Assembly (NCBI GenBank): GCA_947258635.1
Contig: CAMYJM010000001.1
Coordinates: 1-32,032 of the forward strand
Direction: 5' to 3'
DNA from: an uncultured Acidimicrobiaceae bacterium
GTDB lineage: Bacteria; Actinomycetota; Acidimicrobiia; Spongiisociales; UBA5794
Length of the DNA stretch: 32,032 nucleotides
This document shows, piece by piece, positions 22,914 to 30,395 of the stretch (position 1 is its first letter; each line of letters begins with the position of its first letter). Under the pieces are notes generated by a model. The model made no database searches and was not told where the DNA came from. It saw only the letters and a list, made by a program, of their open reading frames with translations. The translations under genes were made by a program, and so were the position numbers.

Positions 22914-25009
22914 TGCCGGAAGTCGACCTGGAAGTCCGCCGGATCCTCGCGGCCGACGGATCGGTGGTCGGCGAGCTCCCGGCGCTCGAGAACAAGGACT
23001 ACGTCGAGATGTACCGCCTGATGGCGGCGAGCCGCGACTACGACAGGCGGGCCCTCGCCGCCCAACGTCTCGGCCGTATCGGGACGTACGCCATGATGGA
23101 AGGCCACGAGGCCGCCCAGGTCGGAGCCGCTTACGCCCTGGGCCCCAACGACTTCGTGTACCCGGCCTACCGCGAGCACGGCGTGCAGATCACGCGCGGC
23201 ATGCCCCTCGACGTGATGCTGTCGTACTACCGGGGAATCCCCACGGCCGACTGGGACGTCCACGCCTACCGCATGGCGAACAACACGATCCCGATTGCCA
23301 GCCATCTCCCCCACTCCGTCGGCCACGCCTATGCCGCCCGCCAGCGCGGCGAGGACGTGGTCACCATCAACTTCTTCGGCGACGGCGCCACGTCCGAGAC
23401 CGATTTCCACAGCGGCCTCAACTTCGCTGCGGTCTGGAAAGCGCCGACGGTTTTCGTCTGCGAGAACAACGGGTACGCCATCAGCGTTCCCTACGCCAAG
23501 CAAACGGCCAGCGAGACGATCGCCCAGAAGGCGACTGCATACGGTGTCGCCGGGGATCGAGTCGACGGAATGGACATCCTCGCCATGTACTCGGCAACCC
23601 GCCAGGCCGTAGACCGGGCCCGCCGCGGCGAGGGGCCCACCCTCATCGAAGCCCTGTGCTATCGCTACGGCGGTCACGCCACCGCAGACGACGCCCGCCT
23701 CTACCGGCCCGAGTCTGAAGAGGCCGAGTGGCGCACCCGCGACCCGCTGGTTCGGTTCCGGGCGTTCCTCGAAGAGCGGGAGCTGTGGGACCAGACGGCG
23801 GAGGACAACCTGCGCGCCGAGGCCGGTGACGCCTTCGACGTGGCAATGGCCAAGCTCGAAGCGCTGCCCACCCCGCCGCGCGAGTCGGTTGTGCGCCACG
23901 TCTACGACCGGATCCCGCTACAGATGGTGCGCCAGCTCAACACGCTGCAGCGCGGCGCCGGCGAGCCCGAGACGACGTTCGCCGACGACGAGGTCTGGCA
24001 GCATCGGCCCGACCCGGCGCCGGATGGGCCCACTGCCAGCTGGAACATGGCCGAGGCGATCACGGCCGCGCTGACGGCGGCAATGGAGCGCGACGACACG
24101 ACCATCATCCTCGGCGAGGACGTCGGGCTTGCCGGCGGCGTGTTCCGCATCACCGAGGGATTGCAGGAGCGCTTCGGGGAGGAGCGGGTGCTCGACACTC
24201 CGCTCAACGAGTCCGGAATCATCGGCGCCGCAATCGGGATGGGTATCTCCGGTAGCCGGGCTATCGCCGAGATCCAGTTCGACGGGTTCGTCTACCCCGC
24301 CTTCGACCAGCTGGTCAGCCACCTGGGGCGGCTCCGCTTCCGCTCCCGCAGCCACGCCACCGCCCCCATCGTGGTGCGCTGGCCCAACGGCGCCGGGTTC
24401 GGCGCCCACGAGATGCACTGCGACAGCCCGGAGGCCTACTTCGCCCACGCCCCGGGCCATACGGTGGTGATCCCCTCGACGCCATGGGATGCCAAAGGAC
24501 TGCTGGCGGCCGCCATCGAATCGCCGGACCCGGTGATCTTCCTGGAGCCCAAGGTGCTCTACCGGGCGGGCCGCGAAGAGGTGCCGATCGAGCACTACGA
24601 GATTCCTTTGGGAACGGCGCGGATGCGCGCCACGGGCTCCGACATCACACTCGTGACCTATGGGGGAATGGTTCAGCACGCGCTGGAGGCAACCGCGCAA
24701 GCGGCTGAGGAGGGCATCTCCGTGGAGTTGATTGATCTGCGGACGGTCTATCCGTGGGATGAAGAGGCGGTGGTGCGTTCCGTCGAGAAGACGGGACGTC
24801 TCCTGATGGTCCAGGAACCGCAACGCACCGGAGGCATCGGCGCCGAGATAGCCGCTCAGATCGGCGAACGGTGCGGCTACTCCCTCCTCAGCCCCGTGCG
24901 CCGCCTCGGCGCTACCGACGCGCCGTGGCCGCAGTTCTCGATCGAACGCCACGCCCTGCTCACGCCGGCTCACATCATGTCTGCCATTCGCGAAACCGTG
25001 TCGGGCTGA
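22913..25009 (+). CDS. 2-oxoacid dehydrogenase E1 component, alpha and beta subunits fused in one polypeptide (TPP-dependent)
   Basis: The N-terminal half carries the E1-alpha TPP motif FFGDGATSETDFHSGLNFAAVWKAPTVFVCENNGYA. The C-terminal half is E1-beta-like (IILGEDVGLAGGVFRITEGLQERFGEERVLDTPLNESGIIGAAIGM...). The two are joined by a linker of about 30 aa (roughly nt 23948-24040). The ATG overlaps the aminotransferase stop (TGATG at 22911-22915). Confidence 0.9.
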   Translation: MPEVDLEVRRILAADGSVVGELPALENKDYVEMYRLMAASRDYDRRALAAQRLGRIGTYAMMEGHEAAQVGAAYALGPNDFVYPAYREHGVQITRGMPLDVMLSYYRGIPTADWDVHAYRMANNTIPIASHLPHSVGHAYAARQRGEDVVTINFFGDGATSETDFHSGLNFAAVWKAPTVFVCENNGYAISVPYAKQTASETIAQKATAYGVAGDRVDGMDILAMYSATRQAVDRARRGEGPTLIEALCYRYGGHATADDARLYRPESEEAEWRTRDPLVRFRAFLEERELWDQTAEDNLRAEAGDAFDVAMAKLEALPTPPRESVVRHVYDRIPLQMVRQLNTLQRGAGEPETTFADDEVWQHRPDPAPDGPTASWNMAEAITAALTAAMERDDTTIILGEDVGLAGGVFRITEGLQERFGEERVLDTPLNESGIIGAAIGMGISGSRAIAEIQFDGFVYPAFDQLVSHLGRLRFRSRSHATAPIVVRWPNGAGFGAHEMHCDSPEAYFAHAPGHTVVIPSTPWDAKGLLAAAIESPDPVIFLEPKVLYRAGREEVPIEHYEIPLGTARMRATGSDITLVTYGGMVQHALEATAQAAEEGISVELIDLRTVYPWDEEAVVRSVEKTGRLLMVQEPQRTGGIGAEIAAQIGERCGYSLLSPVRRLGATDAPWPQFSIERHALLTPAHIMSAIRETVSG

Positions 25010-25010
25010 C

Positions 25011-26123
25011 TTGGCTTACGAGCTCTCCCTGCCCGACATTGGCGAAGGCCTCACCGAGGCCGAAGTTGTCCGCTGGCTGGCCGGTCCGGGTGATGAGGTG
25101 ACGGCCAACGAGCCGCTTGTCGAGATCGAGACGGACAAGGCGATAGTCGAGATCCCTGCGCCCCAATCCGGGCTGCTCCTCCACCAGGGCGCTCCACCGG
25201 GCACTGTGATCCACGTGGGTGATCTGCTGGCCGTGATCGGCGCCGCAGGTGAAACATGGAACCCACCGGACGTCGCCGCGGCTGCGGCGGTGCCGGCGAC
25301 GGCTCCTCTCGAAGCCGCAGCGACGGTGACGGCCGGGAAGGCGAGGGCGGTGCCTTTGGTCCGCAAGCTGGCGCGCGAGCTCGGTGTCGACCTCGACACG
25401 GTCACCGGGACGGGCGGCAACGGGCAGATCACCAGGGAGGACGTCGTTGCCGCGGCGACCGGAGCCGCTGAAGACGGCGCGGCCGGTGGGGAAACCCTCT
25501 CCAAGTTGCGCCGCACCATCGCCGAGCACATGACCCAGTCCTGGCGGGACATCCCCCACGTCACCGTATGGGGCCCCGCCGAGGCGACCCGCTTGCTCGC
25601 GGGCAAGCAGAGCAGCGGGGTCTCGATCGAGACGCTGCTCGTCCAGGCAGTGCTGCCGGCGCTTGCCGAGTTCCCCGTTTTCAGCGCCAACTTCGACGGT
25701 GCCCGGCTCGTGGTGCGCACTTCCTACGACATCGGAGTCGCCGTCGACACCGCCGCCGGCCTGATGGTGCCCGTAGTGCGTGACGCCGGCTCGCTGGGTG
25801 CCGAGGCCCTCGACAAGGAGATCGGCCGGCTCGTCGCCGGAGCGCAGAGCCGCTCGCTGAGCGCCGATGAGCTGCGGGGCCAGTCGTTCACCATCTCGAA
25901 CGTCGGCGCCGTCGGGGGCGGCTACGGCACCCCTATCATCCCCCACGGGACGACCGCCGTGCTGTCCGTCGGGAGGGCCCGCGACGAGGTCGTCGCCCGC
26001 GACGGCCGACCCGTCGTCGCCCCGATGCTGCCGCTGGCCCTGTCATTCGACCATCGCGTCATCGACGGGAGCACTGGCAGCCGCTTCCTCAACCACGTGA
26101 TCGAGTCGATCGAGGAGGCGTGA
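25011..26123 (+). CDS. dihydrolipoamide acyltransferase (E2) of a 2-oxoacid dehydrogenase complex
   Basis: The TTG start lies 2 nt after the E1 stop. There is a lipoyl domain with VEIETDKAIVEI, a peripheral subunit-binding domain (PLVRKLARELGVDLDTVTGTGGNGQITREDV) and a catalytic domain with SFDHRVIDGSTGSRFL. Confidence 0.9.
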   Translation: MAYELSLPDIGEGLTEAEVVRWLAGPGDEVTANEPLVEIETDKAIVEIPAPQSGLLLHQGAPPGTVIHVGDLLAVIGAAGETWNPPDVAAAAAVPATAPLEAAATVTAGKARAVPLVRKLARELGVDLDTVTGTGGNGQITREDVVAAATGAAEDGAAGGETLSKLRRTIAEHMTQSWRDIPHVTVWGPAEATRLLAGKQSSGVSIETLLVQAVLPALAEFPVFSANFDGARLVVRTSYDIGVAVDTAAGLMVPVVRDAGSLGAEALDKEIGRLVAGAQSRSLSADELRGQSFTISNVGAVGGGYGTPIIPHGTTAVLSVGRARDEVVARDGRPVVAPMLPLALSFDHRVIDGSTGSRFLNHVIESIEEA

Positions 26124-26124
26124 T

Positions 26125-26180
26125 CGCGTTCGTTGTGCTTGATCGGGTCCTATTACATCGTTTTAAGCACAACGAACGCG
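26125..26180. terminator. 16-bp perfect inverted repeat immediately after the E2 stop (terminator or protein-binding palindrome)
   Basis: cgcgttcgttgtgctt (26125-26140) pairs with aagcacaacgaacgcg (26165-26180) around a 24-nt AT-rich loop. No U-tract follows on either strand. Confidence 0.45.
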
Positions 26181-26247
26181 ACCGCCGCCGCGTATGCTCA
26201 GATCAGGACCTCCCTGTCATCAAAGGGAGCTATCTGGAGGTGTAACC

Positions 26248-26640
26248 GTGACCGATCACCCCAATCTCGAACGAGCCCGCGCCGGATATGCGGCGTTCGC
26301 CAGCGGCGACATGGCAACCGTGGGCGATCTCATGTCGGACGACATCGTGTGGCACTCCGGCGGGAACAACGTCCTTACGGGCGACTATGTGGGCAAGGAA
26401 GCCGTGCTCGGGTACTTCGGCCGGCTGATGCAGGAAAGTGGCGGCAGCTTCAAGAACGACATCCACGACATGCTCGCCAACGACGATCACGGGGTCGCGC
26501 TGGTAGCGCAGTCGGCGACGCGTGGTGGTGTGTCTTTCGAGGGCAATGCCGTCCATATCTTCCACATGCGCGATGGAAAGATGACCGAGTTCTGGTCCTT
26601 TCCCGAAGACCAGAGCAAGTTCGACGAGGTCTGGGCGTAG
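26248..26640 (+). CDS. NTF2/SnoaL-like (ketosteroid-isomerase-fold) protein
   Basis: GTG 26248 is preceded by ggagg at 26236-26240. The 130-aa product (NLERARAGYAAFASGDMATVGDLMSDDIVWH...VHIFHMRDGKMTEFWSF) is typical of SnoaL-like small proteins. Confidence 0.8.
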   Translation: MTDHPNLERARAGYAAFASGDMATVGDLMSDDIVWHSGGNNVLTGDYVGKEAVLGYFGRLMQESGGSFKNDIHDMLANDDHGVALVAQSATRGGVSFEGNAVHIFHMRDGKMTEFWSFPEDQSKFDEVWA

Positions 26641-26729
26641 CGAGAAATCCGGAGCCCAACGCGAGCAGCTCACATGCGGTAGGCCCATCCGGCGGACCGG
26701 TACGATGCGCCGGAGAGATCGGAGAGCCG

Positions 26730-27497
26730 GTGCGCCCGCAGATAACTCGAGACCGATTCGACGCAGTTCTCTTCGATCTCGACGGCGTATTGACAGCCAC
26801 CGCCCGGCTCCACGCCGCGGCCTGGAAGCGGATGTTCGACGAGTACCTGGCGGCGCGAGCTGCCGGTCGCGGCGAGCCCTTCGAGCCATTTGAGATCGCC
26901 ACCGACTACAAGCTCCACGTGGACGGCAAGCTGCGCTACGACGGCGTGCAGTCCTTCCTCCGATCTCGCGGTATCGACCTGCCCTGGGGCGATCCGGATG
27001 ATCCCCCCGAGCGGGAAACCGTCTGCGGGTTGGGCAACCGCAAGAACGAGCTCATCTCCGAGCTGCTGGAGACCGAAGGCGTCGACGTCTACGAGGAGTC
27101 GGTAGCGTGGGTTCGGCAAGTCCGGGCCCGGGGATTGGCCATCGCGGTGGTGTCGGCCAGCAAGAACTGCGAGCGAGTCTTGGACGTCGCCGGCATCGCC
27201 GATCTGTTCGAGATCCGGATCGATGGGATCGTGGCGGCTCAACTCGGGCTGCCGGGCAAACCGGCGCCCGATACCTTCCTCGAGGGCGCCCGCCGGCTCG
27301 GGGTCGACCCTCAGCGAGCGGTGGTTGTCGAGGACGCGGTGTCGGGGGTGCAAGCGGGCCGGGCGGGCGGCTTCGGCCTGGTCATCGGGGTCGATCGCCA
27401 TGGCGACCCCGAGGCGTTGCACGGTGGTGGCGCCGACGTCGTCGTGGCCGATCTGGGGGAACTGCTCGATGAGGAGGACGCGGTTGATCAGGCGTGA
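26730..27497 (+). CDS. pgmB: HAD-superfamily beta-phosphoglucomutase-like hydrolase
   Basis: HAD motifs are present: I FDLDGVLT, II VVSASKN, III GKPAPD and IV VVEDAVSGVQAG. I place the start at GTG 26730, after ggagag repeats. The listed ORF begins at 26133, but that extension overlaps the SnoaL gene and looks non-coding. Confidence 0.8.
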   Translation: MRPQITRDRFDAVLFDLDGVLTATARLHAAAWKRMFDEYLAARAAGRGEPFEPFEIATDYKLHVDGKLRYDGVQSFLRSRGIDLPWGDPDDPPERETVCGLGNRKNELISELLETEGVDVYEESVAWVRQVRARGLAIAVVSASKNCERVLDVAGIADLFEIRIDGIVAAQLGLPGKPAPDTFLEGARRLGVDPQRAVVVEDAVSGVQAGRAGGFGLVIGVDRHGDPEALHGGGADVVVADLGELLDEEDAVDQA

Positions 27498-29853
27498 GAT
27501 AGCCCGACCGCCCGAGTCCGTCTATCCCATCGACGAATGGAAGCTGATCGAGACCCGGTTCTCCGAACCACATCTCCCCCGGGCCGAGACGCTGTTCGCG
27601 CTGGGCAACGGCTACCTCGGGATAAGAGGCACCTTCGAGGAGGGCGCCCCGGTCCATCAGAGCGGCACCTTCGTCAACGGGTTCCACGAGACGTGGCCGA
27701 TCCTGTACCCCGAGACGGCCTACGGGTATGCCCGCACCGGACAGACCATGCTCAACGTCCCCGGCGGCACGATCCTCGAGCTGACCGTCGACGATGAGCC
27801 GCTCGATCTCCGCACCGCCCACCTGCTGGAGTTCGAACGCACGCTCGATTTGCGGGCCGGCACCCTCGACCGGCGCGTGGTGTGGGAGACATCGGCACGC
27901 AAGCAGGTGCTGGTCGAGTCGCGGCGCCTCGTGTCATTCCGGCATCGCCATCTGGCGGCCATCTCCTATCAGGTGACGGTGCTCAATGCGTCGGCCGCGG
28001 TCGGCATCTCGTCCCACCTGGCAGCGGCGGCCGACGCTGCCGTCGAAAACACCGATCCCCGCAAAGCACCTGGATTCCGAGAGCAGCCGCTGGTGGCGCA
28101 GCGGGCGTACTCGTCCGGGCGGCGGGTGACGCTGGGTTACCAAACGCGCCGCAGCGCAATGACCCTGGCCTGCGGGGCCGACCACGTCATCGAGACGGCG
28201 GCTTCCCACCGTGCCGTTGCCACCTGCGCCGACGACCTCGGCGAGGTGGCCTTCGCCGTTGCCGCCCTCGAGGGTGAGCCCATCGCGATCACCAAGTACC
28301 TGTCGTATCACGCCGCCCCCGCCACCCCGATCGATGAGCTGTGCGACCTGGCCGACGGCACGTTGGATCAGGCGGTTGGGCTCGGGTTCGACGCGCTGGC
28401 CGCCGGACAGCGGGACTATCTGCACGACTTCTGGCGGCGCAGCGACATCCAGGTTGCGGACGATCCCGGGTTGCTGGGCCGCCCTGCGGGCGAATTCCAG
28501 CAGGCGATCCGTTGGAATCTGTTCCAGCTCATCCAGGCGGCCGGACGCGCCGATGGTTCCGGAGTGGCGGCCAAAGGCGTCACCGGCCAAGCATACGAGG
28601 GTCACTCTTTCTGGGATACCGAGATCTATGTGCTGCCGTTTCTCATCTACACCTCACCGGACATCGCCGCAGGCCTGCTCCGGTTCCGTCACGGGATGCT
28701 GGACAAGGCCCGGGAGCGGGCCCGGGAGCTCCATCAGCGGGGGGCGTTGTTCCCCTGGCGCACGATCAACGGCGCGGAGGCCTCGGCGTACTACCCGGGC
28801 GGAACGGCGCAGTACCACATCGACGCCGACATCATGTACGGCCTCGAGAAGTACGTCGACGCCACCGGTGACACCGAGCTCCTCTACAACGAGGGTGTCG
28901 AGATGCTCGTCGAGACGGCCCGCATGTGGCGGGATCTCGGGTTCTTCTCCGCACGAGCAGACGGGCAATTCTGTATCCACGCGGTCACCGGCCCCGATGA
29001 GTACACGGCGGTCGTGGACGACAACCTCTACACGAACCTCATGGCCCGCGGCAACCTGCGGTATGCGGCCGCCACGGTGGTGTCTCTGCGGGACGCGGAT
29101 CCGGACCGATTCCGGGCGCTGGTGGCGCGCACCGGCTTGGCCGAGTCGGAGATCGCGGATTGGCAGCGGGCGGCGGACGCCATGTACCTCCCGTACGACG
29201 ATGAGATGGGTATTCACCTCCAGGTTGCGCGGTTCTTGGAACGCGCCGTCTGGGACTTCGAGAACACACCCGCCGACCACTATCCGCTGCTCCTGCACTA
29301 CCACCCGCTGACGATCTACCGGCACCAGGTGATCAAGCAGGCCGATGTTGTGCTGGCGATGTTCCTGCAGGGCGACGCCTTCTCCGCCGACGTGAAGCGA
29401 CGCAACTTCGATTACTACGACCCACTCACCACCGGCGACTCATCGCTGTCGGCGTCAGTGCAGAGCATCGTCGCCGCCGAGATCGGCGAGATGGACAAGG
29501 CGACGGAGTATGGGCGCAGCGCCGTTCTGATGGACCTCGCCGACATCGCCGGCAACGTCGCCGACGGCCCCCACATCGCGGCTATGGGCGGCTCGTGGAT
29601 GGTGTTCGTCTATGGGTTCGCCGGAATGCGGGACTACGGCGGCCGGCTGAGCTTCCGGCCCGACTTGCCTGCGGGGCTGGAACGCCTGCGGTTCCCTCTG
29701 GCACTCCGGGGCCGCAAGCTCGAAGTGGACATTGCCGGCGACACTGCCACATACACGTTGCGGGAGGGCCCCGATCTCGTGATAACCCACTTCGAGGAGA
29801 ACATCACACTGGCGCCGGGGGCCGCGGAATCCCGGGTAATCCCGAGCGCCTGA
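27469..29853 (+). CDS. glycoside hydrolase family 65 disaccharide phosphorylase (maltose/trehalose/kojibiose phosphorylase type)
   Basis: ATG 27469 opens MRRTRLIRREIARPPESVYPIDEWKLIE...LFALGNGYLGIRG. The catalytic region is YEGHSFWDTEIYVLPF. The gene overlaps the last 29 nt of the beta-PGM gene. The listed ORF begins at 27223, inside the HAD gene. Confidence 0.88.
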   Translation: MRRTRLIRREIARPPESVYPIDEWKLIETRFSEPHLPRAETLFALGNGYLGIRGTFEEGAPVHQSGTFVNGFHETWPILYPETAYGYARTGQTMLNVPGGTILELTVDDEPLDLRTAHLLEFERTLDLRAGTLDRRVVWETSARKQVLVESRRLVSFRHRHLAAISYQVTVLNASAAVGISSHLAAAADAAVENTDPRKAPGFREQPLVAQRAYSSGRRVTLGYQTRRSAMTLACGADHVIETAASHRAVATCADDLGEVAFAVAALEGEPIAITKYLSYHAAPATPIDELCDLADGTLDQAVGLGFDALAAGQRDYLHDFWRRSDIQVADDPGLLGRPAGEFQQAIRWNLFQLIQAAGRADGSGVAAKGVTGQAYEGHSFWDTEIYVLPFLIYTSPDIAAGLLRFRHGMLDKARERARELHQRGALFPWRTINGAEASAYYPGGTAQYHIDADIMYGLEKYVDATGDTELLYNEGVEMLVETARMWRDLGFFSARADGQFCIHAVTGPDEYTAVVDDNLYTNLMARGNLRYAAATVVSLRDADPDRFRALVARTGLAESEIADWQRAADAMYLPYDDEMGIHLQVARFLERAVWDFENTPADHYPLLLHYHPLTIYRHQVIKQADVVLAMFLQGDAFSADVKRRNFDYYDPLTTGDSSLSASVQSIVAAEIGEMDKATEYGRSAVLMDLADIAGNVADGPHIAAMGGSWMVFVYGFAGMRDYGGRLSFRPDLPAGLERLRFPLALRGRKLEVDIAGDTATYTLREGPDLVITHFEENITLAPGAAESRVIPSA

Positions 29854-29868
29854 AGGCATCGTGCCGGC

Positions 29869-30324
29869 TCAGTGGCCCTCGCCGCGGTTCGCTTTCGCTA
29901 CGCGGTCCATGATGTCGACGAGGAGCCGGGCTTCTTCGTCGGTGAGGTGAGCCGCCCACATCTCTTCGAGGATGGCGTCGATCACTCGACGGGCGTCGGC
30001 CCGCGCCGTGCGGCCGGCGGCGGTAATGGACACGATGGTGGCCCGGCGATCGTCCAGGTCGGGTTGGCGCTCCACGAGCCCCATCTCCTCGAGCCGGTCG
30101 ACGACCTTGGTGGTCCCACCTCGACTGAGGATCAGGCGATGTGCGATCTCAGACATCCGCAGCAGCGACCCTTCCATCTCCAGGTGCAGCAGCGCCTCGC
30201 TGTCGGCCAGCAGCAGTCCGGTCTCTCGCTGGAGGCGCTCTTCGAGCGATGCCTTCAGGATCAGCGAGGTGTGCAGCGTGTGAGTAGCCGCCCGGCGCCA
30301 GATCGGTTGGTGTTCGTCTCCCAC
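29869..30324 (-). CDS. MarR-family transcriptional regulator
   Basis: 151-aa ORF with a winged-helix segment (LRMSEIAHRLILSRGGTTKVVDRLEEMGLVERQPDLDDRRATIVSIT). It starts with GTG and is divergent from the MFS gene. Confidence 0.9.
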   Translation of the reverse strand: MGDEHQPIWRRAATHTLHTSLILKASLEERLQRETGLLLADSEALLHLEMEGSLLRMSEIAHRLILSRGGTTKVVDRLEEMGLVERQPDLDDRRATIVSITAAGRTARADARRVIDAILEEMWAAHLTDEEARLLVDIMDRVAKANRGEGH

Positions 30325-30358
30325 GACCCCATCTTCTCACATGACGTTTTCTGGTATA

Positions 30359-30376
30359 TAGTTTATCATAAAACTA
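30359..30376. promoter_or_regulatory. candidate MarR operator: inverted repeat TAGTTT-N6-AAACTA within an AT-rich divergent promoter region
   Basis: tagttt (30359-30364) and aaacta (30371-30376) are perfect inverted repeats. They overlap a TTCTCA-N17-TATAGT promoter-like element (30334-30362) for the MFS gene. The 71-bp spacer from 30325 to 30395 is strikingly AT-rich for this genome. Confidence 0.4.
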
Positions 30377-30395
30377 ATCTGGTAAAGCAGTTTCT

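Noticed and set aside
22841-25946. Antisense ORFs 22841..23899, 23918..24973 and 24975..25946 opposite the E1 and E2 genes
   Set aside because: Same reasoning. The sense strand encodes clear TPP-binding, lipoyl and acyltransferase motifs, and the antisense products have no recognisable features.
26133-26729. N-terminal ~199 codons of listed ORF 26133..27497, which would make a 454-aa HAD protein
   Set aside because: This stretch overlaps the SnoaL-like gene in another frame and crosses the 16-bp palindrome. It has no homology-like features. The HAD motif I (DLDG) follows right after GTG 26730, which is the normal position near the N-terminus.
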